Below are positions 14,028-29,184 of a stretch of 64,000 nt of DNA, piece by piece. A program made the translations under genes and the position numbers. Source of the DNA: the human T2T-CHM13v2.0 reference genome, Homo sapiens; assembly GCF_009914755.1 (NCBI RefSeq), contig NC_060929.1; one strand, written 5' to 3'. Below the pieces are notes generated by a model, which searched no databases, was not told the origin of the DNA, and saw nothing but the letters and a program-made list of their open reading frames with translations. The first letter of the stretch is position 1. Each line of letters starts with the position of its first letter.

Positions 14028-14608
14028 TAAATTCTTTTTAAAAATAGCAAATTCTTAAAAATAATGCAAATTGATGATGAATTATGAAAATCATGATGAG
14101 AAACTCCTGACTGAAGAGAGAAATTGTTGGAAAATGATTCTCCTTTTCCTCTACTACTTTATGTAATTATAAAGCCTTTTTCTAAAGTTCCTTTCTGACA
14201 CAGAAATACTGGCCAACAGAAATTCAAAGGAAAGTTGAGACTTTTGAAGTTCAGGCAATTTATATGGTGTTTCAGGTGTTACTACCTCTAATAGTCTATC
14301 AGTAAAACCCTGATAGGGGATGGTCTCTCCTTTTTGCCTTCTACTCCATCTCTTCTCACACACACTTGTGATTCTTTTTCTTTTTTTAAAAAATTTTATT
14401 ATTATAATACTTTAAGTTTTAGTGTACATGTGCACAACGTGCAGGTTTGTTACATATGTATACATGTGCCATGTTGGTGTGCTGCACCCATTAACTCGTC
14501 ATTTAGCGTTAGGTGTATCTCCTAATGCTATCCCTCCCCCCTCCCCCCACCCCACAACAGTCCCCAGTGTGTGATGTTCCCCTTCCTGTGTCCATGTGTT
14601 CTCATTGT

Positions 14609-18437
<3,829 letters not shown>

Positions 18438-18500
18438 TATGATGTCAGCTGGTTATTTTGCTCATTAGTTGATGCAGTTTCTTCCTAGCCTTGATGGTCT

Positions 18501-19510
18501 TTACAATTTGGCATGTTTTTGCAGTGGCTGGTACCGGTTGTTCCTTTCCATGTTTAGTGCTTCCTTCAGGAGCTCTTTTAGGGCAGGCCTGGTGGTGACA
18601 AAATCTCTCAGCATTTGCTTGTCTGTAAAGTATTTTATTTCTCCTTCACTTATGAAGCTTAGTTTGGCTGGATATGAAATTCTGGGTTGAAAATTCTTTT
18701 CTTTAAGAATGTTGAATATTGGCCCCCACTCTCTTCTGGCTTGTAGAGTTTCTGCCGAGAGATTAGCTTTTAGTCTGATGGGCTTCCCTTTCTGGGTAAC
18801 CTGACCTTTCTCTCTGGCTGCCCTGAACATTTTTTCCTGCATTTCAACTTTGGTGAATCTGCCAATTATGTGTCTTGGAGTTGCTCTTCTCGAGGAGTAT
18901 CTTTATGGCGTTTTCTGTATTTCCTGAATTTGAATGTTGGCCTGCCTTGCTAGATTGGGGAAGTTCACCTGGATAATATCCTGCAGAGTGTTTTCCAACT
19001 TGGTTCCATTCTCCCCGTCACTTTCAGGTACACCAATCAGACGTAGATTTGGTCTTTTCACATAGTCCCATATTTCTTGGAGGCTTTGTTCATTTCTTTT
19101 TATTCTTTTTTCTCTAAACTTCTCTTCTCGCTTCATTTCATTCATCTTCCATCACTGATACCCTTTCTTCCAGTTGATCTCATCGGCTACTGAGGCTTCT
19201 GCATTTGTCACGTAATTCTCGTGCCTTGGTTTTCAGCTCCATCAGGTCCTTTAAGGACTTCTCTGCATTGGTTATTCTAGTTATACATTCATCTAATTTT
19301 TTTTCAAAGTTTTTAACTTCTTTGCCATTGGCTCAAACTTCCTCCTGTAGCTCGGATTAGTTTGATCGTCTGAAGCCTTCTTCTCTCAAGTCATCAAAGT
19401 CATTCTCCATCCATCTTTGTTCCATTGCTGGTGAGGAGCTGCTTTCCTTTGGAGGAGGAGAGGCACTCTGATTTTTAGAGTTTCCAGTTTTTCTGCTGTT
19501 TTTTCCCCAT
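18501..19510 (-). pseudogene. L1 ORF1 (RNA-binding chaperone), disrupted
   Basis: ATG at 19508-19510(-); fragments ...RNEQSLQEIWDYVKRPNLRLIGVPE and ...ERNNRYQPLQKHAKL*. Confidence 0.93.
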
Positions 19511-20086
19511 CTTGGTGGTTTTATCTACCTTTGGTCTTTGATGATGGTGACGTACAGATGGGTTTTTGGTGTGGATGTCCTTCCTGTTCATTAGTTTTCC
19601 TTCTAACAGACAGGACCCTCAGCTGCAGGTCCATTGGAGTTTGCTAGACGTCCACTCCAGACCCTGTTTGCCTGGGTATCAGCAGCGGTGGCTGAAGAAC
19701 AGCAGATATTGGTGAACCGCAAATGCTGCTGCCTGATCGTTCCTCTGGAAGTTTTGTCTCAGAGGAGTACCCAGCCGTGTGAGGTGTCAGTCCACCCCTG
19801 CTGGGGGGTGCCTCCCAGTTAGGCTACTCAGGGGTCAGGGACCCACTTGAGGAGGCAGTCTGCCTGTTCTCAGATCTCAAGCTGCGTGCTGGGAGAACCA
19901 CTACTTTCTTCAAAGCTGTCAGACAGGGACATTTAAGTCTGCAGAGGTTACTGCTGTCTTTTTGTTTGTCTGTGCCCTGCCCTCAGAGAGGGAGCCTACA
20001 GAGGCAGGCAGGCCTCCTTGAGCTGTGGTTGGCTCCACCCAGTTCGAGCTTCCTGGCCGCTTTATTTACCTAATCAAGTCTCAGCA

Positions 20087-20269
20087 ATGGTGGGCGCCCC
20101 TCCCCCAGCCTCGCTGCCGCCTTGCAGTTCAATCTTAGACTGCTGTGCTAGCAATGAGCGAGACTCCATGGGCATAGGACCCTCCGAGCCAGGTGCGGGA
20201 TATAATCTCCTGGTGTGCCATTTTTTAAGCCCATTGGGAAAGTGCAGTATTAGGGTGGGAGTGACCTGA
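20087..20269 (+). CDS. L1 ORF0 (antisense 5'UTR ORF), truncated to 60 aa
   Basis: MVGAPPPASLPPCSSILDCCASNERDSMGIGPSEPGAGYNLLVCHFLSPLGKCSIRVGVT* matches primate ORF0 (MAGAPPPASLPPC...); early TGA. Confidence 0.6.
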   Translation: MVGAPPPASLPPCSSILDCCASNERDSMGIGPSEPGAGYNLLVCHFLSPLGKCSIRVGVT

Positions 20270-20585
20270 TTTTCCAGGTGCCGTCTGTCACCCCTTTCTT
20301 TGACTAGGAAAGGGAATTCCCTGACCCCTTGCGCTTCCCAGGTGAGGCGATGCCTCGCCCTGCTTTGGCTCGCACTCGGTGTGCTGCACCCACTGTCCTG
20401 CACCCACTGTCTGGCACACCCCAGTGAGATGAACCCGGTACCTCAATTGGTAATGCAGAAATCACCCGTCTTCTGTGTCACTTATGCTAGGAGCTGTAGA
20501 CTGGAGCTATTCCTATTTGGCCATCTTGGCTCCTCCCCCAGATCACACACTTGTGATTCTTGCTGGCATTCACACTTACTCTCTC

Positions 20586-20860
20586 TTTATTTTTTGAGAC
20601 AGGGTCTCACTTTGTCATCCAGGCTGGAGTGCAGTGGTGCCATCTCAGCTCACTGCAGCCTCCACCTCTGGAGCTCAAGGGATTCGAGTAGCTAGGACTA
20701 CAGGCGTGTACCTCCACCCCTGGCTAATTTTTGTATTTTTTGTAGAGCTGGGGTTTTGCCATGTTGCCCAGGCTGATCTCCAACACCTGGGATCAAGCAG
20801 TCTGCCCACCTTGGCCTCCCAAAGTGCTGAAATTACAGGTATGAGCCTCCATGGCTGGGC
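20586..20860 (-). mobile_element. AluJ-type element with small internal deletion
   Basis: gagacagggtctcact, cactgcagcctcc, gctcaag, tgttgcccaggctg AluJ diagnostics. Confidence 0.85.
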
Positions 20861-21473
20861 ACTTACTGTCTTTTTAATTATCAGCTTGCAAATGAGAAAT
20901 CTGCCCAAGGAGCCTGAGCTTGGTGAATACAAGTTCATTTCAGCCCCATTGGTGAGTTTATGATTCTATGAGACTTTAAAGATGTATTTTATTTGGACAT
21001 GTTAAAAAAAAAAAAAAAGAACCGTGTGTTTCTTCACAACATCCAAAATAATTATTTTATTGGTATTGATAATTATTATTGAGGAATAGGGAAGTCATGC
21101 ATGTTATCAACCACTTCCTAAATGATACCTAGTTAACACGTTAGGGGAGGGAATCGAATCTGAAAGTGATACCCATTTAGTGAAGCCAAGCAATGTAGCA
21201 AGAGTTGAGAAAAACTTATAAAGGGACCTCTTAGCCCATGTCCATAACATTGTCGTTAACATAAAGATAGGTTGCCAGAGAAAGGGTAACTGTATGGTCA
21301 ATTTAGCCAGGTCTGAACTCTCAAAAATCAAGCACTCTCATTCTGTTAGGGTGAAGTCAGAGAAAAGAACCTTCACAAGGTTTGAAAACACAGTTGTAAC
21401 ATACTGGGCTGTGTTCCAGGGCTAGCATTTGACTCTGATTTTTATCTTGTGCTTAGAACCAGCCTACTGTTGT

Positions 21474-21589
21474 CTCTGTGCAGAGAGAGTACTAAGTAGG
21501 TACTGAATAATACTTGCTGTCCAGCACATAGCTCTGTGCAGAACGAGCACTAAGTAGGTACTTAATAATGCTTGCTGGCCAGCACATGG
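21474..21589. repeat. 58-bp tandem duplication (2 copies, about 7 mismatches)
   Basis: ctctgtgcaga..gag.actaagtaggtact.aataat.cttgctg.ccagcacat.g x2; resembles an L2 3' end. Confidence 0.9.
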
Positions 21590-23483
21590 ATGGATCATGT
21601 TTATAAGTGTGTATCATAAACACTTTGCCTTGAGGAAATTGTTTTCTTTTTAGAGTTTTCATACTGTGGACATCCTTAAAAAGCCCAGAAAATGTATCTT
21701 TATGGATTGACATGTGACTTCTTACATATGAAGTTAGAAGCCAATGAAATGCTGTTCTTTGGACTGAACTTTCAAGACTCATGTGTGTGGTGTCTAATTC
21801 ATTAACTAAAAATATGATTCATATTTACCTTATGTAGGACTACAGGTATCCACATATCCACCATTAGGATATTCTTTAAATCTGGTAGTTTGGAAGATTT
21901 CCAGACATTGTAAAGAGTAAATGCATCAGAAATAAGCATTTTCCAGAAGAGGGAGGTATGAAATTGTAATGATTAGCCTGTTGCTTAGTCCTGGAAATGT
22001 GAAATCAGATAAAAATGAAAAAGATGCTTTCCTTGCATTCTCTTCCAGAAATATGCAGCCTGCTGCTCTTTTGTCTTCAGTGTGACCATGCTGCCCTGAG
22101 GAGAGCCCAGAACTGTTTTTAAATTCAAAAGGACAGCTGCTTTCTGCTCACTCAGGTCCACTGAGGCATGCTCCAAGACAGGAAAAAGGTGCTTAGCGGG
22201 GCTCTTTGATAGAGATTCAATATATGAATTTTACTTTGAGAATAAAAAGCTCACCCACTTTTAAAAGGTTAATCAAAAGCTCATTGTAGTGTATTCTTCC
22301 TTTCCTATGCAGTTTCCTATGGAAATGGAATCAGTTTAAATTCTGGCCTCAGAACAGCAATATTTTTCACAGAGGCAGTCCTTCTGCCAAGTGGCTCTAG
22401 AAGTACCCGTAATATCCATGTCAGGAGTATGAAAAATGAAAGGGATGAACACTTCCTTCAGAAATTATACCTTTGATTCCTTTACTTTACGGCCAGGCAG
22501 GAAGAATCCTGAGAGAGGTCTTTACTGAAAGTTCAGTATTTATGAACTACATACTGAAAAATGAAAAACGATTCCTAGCACTGAGTTGCTTACCCTGTCA
22601 AGTTTACCCATTATTTTCAGGCTGTTGAGCATTGTTTGAAAAATCGATCTGAGAGCTAAATGAGACTCTGTCCCTTACCATGGTCTTGCTGTTATAAATT
22701 CACACTGGGCTATTTCCATTCCCTAAGTTTGCTTTGCCCTTTCCTACCCTTTACCTCTATGGTCTTCCATCCGGTAAATTTTCTCTCACCCTTCCTGGTC
22801 TAGCTCTATTTCATCTTCACTTATGAAGGCTTCCTTGTTTTCCTTTTTTAGAATTAATTGCTAATTCCTCACTGCTCTCTAAGCATTAATACCCCCATCA
22901 TAGCCTTCATCATAATATGTTTTGTGCTGTAGTTATTTATGTACTTACTTGTTTTTCCCCCTTCTTTGCTCTTTGATTAAATGCATGCCAGATCCAACTT
23001 TACAGATGAGAAAAATGAGCTCTGAAGTTCAATAACTTGCCCAAGGCTACCCAGTTAGAAGAGTTATGGACTTCACTCTGAATATGGTGACTTTTGTTCT
23101 AGTGTGTTGCCTTCTCTAGTCTTCTTAAGAAAAACCTTGTCTTCTTTTCTTTTTTCCTTAGGTTGACTTATTCTATACATTAGAAGTTTCTAAATTTTAA
23201 TCAAACTGTCATTCCAGGGTCATAGTCAGCCACATGTAAATCAGAATGCAGTTTTACATAGATTCATTATTACTGTGCATGGAGATTAGAAGCCAGCTCA
23301 CAAGAAGACTTAATTTGGAAAGATATGTAACCAACTTCACGTAAGTGCTAGCCTTTCATTGATTTCTCACCTCCATTCTATATTCCTCCTGGCACTTGTT
23401 TTAAATCTGTTCTACTGAAGTCCATACTCTACCCCCTTGCTCTCAGCCGATGATCTGTTTACCTGCTCTGAGAAGATTTAGAT

Positions 23484-23671
23484 CAGTAGTTCTCAAACTT
23501 TAATATGTATAAAAATCACATGCAGAGCTCTTTCTAACATAGTTTCCCGGGACTTTTCCCAGGAATTCTGATTTCAGCAGGTCAGGGTGGGGCTCATGAA
23601 TGCTCCATTCTAACAAGCTCCCAGGTGATGGCAACACAGCTGGTCTGAGGACTACACTTTGAGAACCTCTG
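23484..23671. mobile_element. MER5A (hAT-Charlie MITE)
   Basis: 188 bp, TIRs cagtagttctcaaact / actttgagaacctctg, degenerate 8-bp TSD atttagat / atttaggc. Confidence 0.85.
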
Positions 23672-24074
23672 ATTTAGGCCATCCTCTGCAATAGGATGTC
23701 TTCTCCAATACATCTTCTCTGGATATTTATCCTTCCTCTCCTTCTATGAGAATTCAGTCGTTCTATTCTCAGGCTGAACCCTCTCACCACGAGCTTTTAT
23801 CCCATCTCATTTCATCTATTTCAGGACCTTGCTTCAACTTGGCTCTCTTTGAATCTTTTATATCACCCTCTCAATTGCTTTTTATTCTCTACTGCTTTAC
23901 TAATAAAACTGTTCCTTTCTCAGTTGTACTATTTAAGATACATCTAATGATTGTAAGCAAAATTATTTTCTCTAAGAATGGTCGACAATTTCAGATTCAA
24001 CTCAGCTGGCTAGGAACTAAGTTTCTGTAATTTGGGAATTGGCTTGTAGAGAGCAAAATTAAGAAACCAAGTTT

Positions 24075-24486
<412 letters not shown>

Positions 24487-25764
24487 TTAACACAGCACAT
24501 CTGGTTCACTGACCTGAGTTTGTTTCCTGGTGAGGCATTGCAGTATCATCCATATCTCAGGCAAAGGTACTCCAGCATTTTGTAGTTAAGCAGTTGGAGG
24601 AGGAGTAGGGAGAACTTCTGTACTTTGAAACATTTCACAGTGGACTACTTTGCATTCTAATGATGTTCTCCTTACTTAAGGACTTTGTTATGTAAGGATA
24701 CTTTGTCCTTCTGATAATCACTTACACTTTTCTTCTGTGTTCATGTCACTTCATTAATCCTGATTACTTGTAATGAATCATAATCTTACCCACTTATTCT
24801 TGTGTGACTCATTCCTACTTGTATTCTTAATAGTATTTTCTATGTCTGATAACACATTGTCAATTGACTATGCTATTTTTAACGTAAGCGTTGGCAAAAA
24901 GGTTTACTTAGAGAAAAGCTCTACATTTAATTCCCCGGTGCCTCAGTTCCCAAATTTGCTAATAAAGATTATACTTAGCTGTCACTCCACGTTTCATCAG
25001 TAGGATTAAAATGAATAGAGATCATGAAATAAGACAATGAAAAAAGATAATTATAATGGACCAGATTGAGAAATCCCTACAAATCAACAGAAGCGACCTG
25101 CCATGTCAGATTCCTAGATGCAGTTTATTTACTCAGTGGGCCATATTTCTTCCTTATTCTTTCTTTTTCCATGATGCCTTCCAAAACTATATTTTAACCA
25201 GGAGGGAAATACCATTTGTCTTCTGATATAGGAAGATCCTACTGAGAGATTATATTCATATATTTCGTCCATCGGCCTGTAGGTGGAATTGTATTTAAAA
25301 TACTAATAAAGGTTATTATTGCTTATATATCTAAAAATGCTCCAACTGTCCAAACAAAGCTTATACTGTTGATGATATTTATCAGTGGCTCTGAACACTT
25401 GCATATCATAAAATTCTCCCTCAAAATTTAACCTTAAACTCTTTCAGGCTTGTCTTGGTCACAGTGGGAACTGAGGACAGCTGCTCATGTTTTTTGATAG
25501 AACAGCTCTTAACATGCTTTTGCTCTTGCCTCCCACTGCCCAACACCAGCTGCATACACACAGTCTACTTGCTGTGTGCATGCTCTGGCTCCTGTCTCCT
25601 TTTCCTTCAGCCTAGTTAGCCTGGTTTTGTTTGGTTTCATCATACAATGTATCTATTAGTAAAACTTTTATGAACTCTGATTATAGTACTAAACTCATAA
25701 TAAAGTAATCAGAACTTCATTTATTAAAACACTGTCTTGAGCTTATTTTTTAATTTAGTACACA

Positions 25765-25930
25765 TGACAATTTGGTAAGGTAGGAATTTTCATTCCCCTT
25801 TTATAGATGGGAAAACTGAGGTCCAGGATATAGGTAACATTTTCAAAGTTAACTCGTAAGTAAATGGCTTAGCTGGAATTTGAACCCAGGTTTCTGCAAT
25901 TCTAAAGCCCATCCTTTTAACTGCTATGCT
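25765..25930 (-). mobile_element. MIR
   Basis: ttttatagatgggaaaactgaggtccag...ggaatttgaacccaggt. Confidence 0.75.
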
Positions 25931-26304
25931 ATGCGCACAATTACTGTATTCTTATTTGCTCTCTGAAATACAACACCTTATTCTCATTTCATCTGCTCTT
26001 TCTGCCCTGTACACTTCAGTTTCTGCTCTATAGATACCTGCTCGTATTGTGACATCTCAATTTTTTTTGTACCTTGGCAGGGTTTTGATTGATGTATTGG
26101 TGTTCTGAACTCTTTAGCATATGTATTAATAGGGAAGACCTACCAAATATTTCATGTAATAGGGATTATTTTGTCTACCTATTTTATCTTTCTTTATAAT
26201 GTAAGTTTGTAGAGGGCAGAAACTATAAATTGCTCAGTTAGGGACTCCACATTGAGCCAAGCACATACATACTTGACCCAGAGAAGTCATCACCATCTTT
26301 ATCG

Positions 26305-26500
26305 CCACAGCTAACATATGGGTAGTGCTCACCATCTACCAAACATGTGCATGGATTATTTTATTTACTCTTCACAATAACCCTATAAAGTAGACTATGT
26401 TGCCATCCCCAAGGTTAAAAAACTAGCCCAAGTTCATCGAGTTACTGCATGATAGAGTTTGAGTCTAACCAACACCAATCTACACGTCTGTCAACACAGT
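26305..26500 (-). mobile_element. MIR
   Basis: atttactcttcacaataaccctataaagtag...tagagtttgagtct. Confidence 0.6.
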
Positions 26501-28894
26501 TAACTATCCCACACTTCTCAGTGGAATCTAGAGTTCCACTTATTTCCTCTTCCTTCCATTCTTCACTATATGTCCTCTTTGCCTTCTTATCCTGTTTCTC
26601 TACTTCTCACTTTCTGCCCTATACGTATCTGCTCAATCTTCAATCTTCTCTGCCTTACCCTCTCTTTTTCAATTTTGTTCTCGTTCTGTCCTATCCTGCC
26701 TCCCCACTCTTCTTACCTCATTTTCCTAGTCCTCTTTTCTTCTTTTTTTCACCTTTTTACCTCTTACATATTTCTTTTTTAAAAGTAACTTCAAGCTTGA
26801 TAATAGATTCTTCAACGCTCTTAGCAATATCGTATCCTAACCATAATAAAATGATAGTGTGCTAGGTGTAAACAGAAGTAGAATATGAAATTGAAATGAA
26901 GAATCTCTTTACTTTTTCTATTAGAAACATAAATAATGAGTGACTGTAACATCTTGGTCTCCATAATTTCTAAGTGTTAAATAAAACACATTTCTTTTTT
27001 TATTTAACACACACACATCCACACACACATAAACTTGTTTTATGCATTGATTGCCATTTATTGAGCAGCATATTTTTGGAAATGCAACAACTACAAAAGA
27101 ATTTTTAAGTTATTATCATACAGTGACATTAATAGGCTCATCACTTTGCCTTCTTTCCTTGTTCTATCATGTAGAGGGTTGCTTTAGAGATCATTGTGTA
27201 TTGATATGAATTATCATTGAAGTTTTATTAGTCTGGATGTCTCATCTTGGGCATTTTGATAAATTTCTTTTGCTCCAAATCCAGAAGTTATGGCCATTCA
27301 TCTTTATAAATAAGACTTTTTAAAAAAGGTAAAGTCATAAAATAAATATTTCAAAGCAGTGTTGGATATAGCCAGCTGAATAAACTGCCCTTTCTAGTTA
27401 ACTTTGAACTCTAAACCTTATTTAAATATCCTCCCTTTTTTTCTGTAAAGAAGACGAGAAAAAAAAACAATTTCAGTAGATTCTAAAAGAAAATATAGCA
27501 AGAACATTTTCATAAGAGATATCTCACATAAAAAGCTGTAAAAATTGGGCAAGTATTTGCACCTAACCAGTAGAACTTAGAAGAGAAAACATGAAATGAA
27601 CTTCTTAGCTTATGGAATGGTGTGGATAGGTTTGCATTACTTAGATGTTCACAGAGCTCTAGCATTTACTTACTGAAACACTGGAATGGTTCATATCCCT
27701 GTGGTTTCCACCTTATTTCTTCCAGAAGGATTAGGTTTTATGCTGCCAGAGACCACATTGACTCTTAGTAATGGGATCACTAAATTCTGGTTCACAATTT
27801 TGTGCATAGAGAGATTGCACTAATATCTCAAAATTGTAGCTATGATTATAACCCTGGCATAGAAATCTGAGCTATGCTGGCAGTGTCATGCTGTACAATC
27901 GAATCCACCTGATTATCTCTGCATTTGTGACAGCTGGGCTGGCCTTCATTGGCATATGCCTCTTTGCTGTGCCCAGGGCTTTGAATGCAAAATGAAAGAT
28001 CAGCATGATATTAGGGGCCCATGATCCATAGATGGAGCTTCACAAGTGAACAGCGTCTCAGCTTTAACATGGCCCCCAGTATCCTGCTTTATCTTTCTGG
28101 ACTGAAGTTCCTATGACAGATTTGTTGCTTTAAAAAAGTAATTTTGCAGATTTGTCCTTTTTTAAAAGAAATAAAGATTGCCTTCCATTTCCTACTGAAA
28201 GTGATATGGTAGTATCCATCTTATAATTGCACAGATTCAAAAATAAGCCACAAGTATGTGTGCTGAAGTATAACTGTGGACTATAAAATACAGATATCAT
28301 AGCCTATAATATGGAGGGTAGTGTGATGTTATAAAGCCATTTTTCTGTGTTTTACATTATCATAAAATTTAACTACTGAAGGGAAAGTGAAGGTTTTAAT
28401 ATTTAACTAAGCCTAGCACTTGAAGAGAAACACATATATTTTACTTGGAAAAAAAGGAAGTTCCATTTTGGACACTGCAAATGACAGTGCCAGCTGTTGT
28501 CATAATATTTCTAACATCCGCTGAGGATTAATTCCAGGCCCAGCAAATTCACTGGATGAGCAGAAACAGCCAAAGAAGTAAACACTGGAGCTTATGCTGT
28601 GATATTATTAAATTAGGCATGAGACTTCTACAGAGTTGGATATGTAGTGAACACTGGATTATCATGCCTGAGGATCGTTTGCTTTGTGTATATCTGCAGA
28701 AAATTGAATCCTGAACTTGCTTTCTTCTGCCTCTTGGCCCTCTTCCTCTGTAGAGGTATACTCAGAAAATGTGATCTCATTTGAATATAAACTTTTCTAT
28801 TAATATTCATTAAGTACTCATACAATATAAGCTGAGGAAACAAAGTGGTGGGTGTAAAACACAGGCCTCATGTAAAGAGCTTACTTTCACTACA

Positions 28895-29105
28895 GAGGCA
28901 ATGTAGCATAATGAAGCAGAGATGGGTTTCAGAGGCAGGTAGACCAGAATTCAAATCCTACTTCTCCTAAGTATGGCCTTGGGCCCATCACTTAAATTTC
29001 TGAGACTCAGTTTCCTTTTCTATGAAAGGTAGATACTAATCATGCTACAGAGTTCTATTAAGAATTAGAAATATTTAAAGATACTTAGACCACTACAAGG
29101 TAGCT
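28895..29105 (+). mobile_element. MIR
   Basis: agaccagaattcaaatcct...ccttgggcccatcacttaaatttctgagactcagtttcc. Confidence 0.7.
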
Positions 29106-29108
29106 ATT

Positions 29109-29184
29109 TTTCTAGAACAGGCATACCTTATTGTATACATTCTATGTTTCTAGAACAGGCATACCTTATTGTATACATTCTATG
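29109..29184. repeat. Perfect 38-bp tandem duplication
   Basis: tttctagaacaggcataccttattgtatacattctatg x2. Confidence 0.97.

Noticed and set aside
14533-14553. G-quadruplex motif on the minus strand
   Set aside because: Standard L1 3'UTR G-tract, already explained by the L1.
29109-29184. 33-39-bp direct repeats as CRISPR-like arrays (also 51421, 60241)
   Set aside because: Only two abutting copies, no spacers, unrelated units, eukaryotic context.
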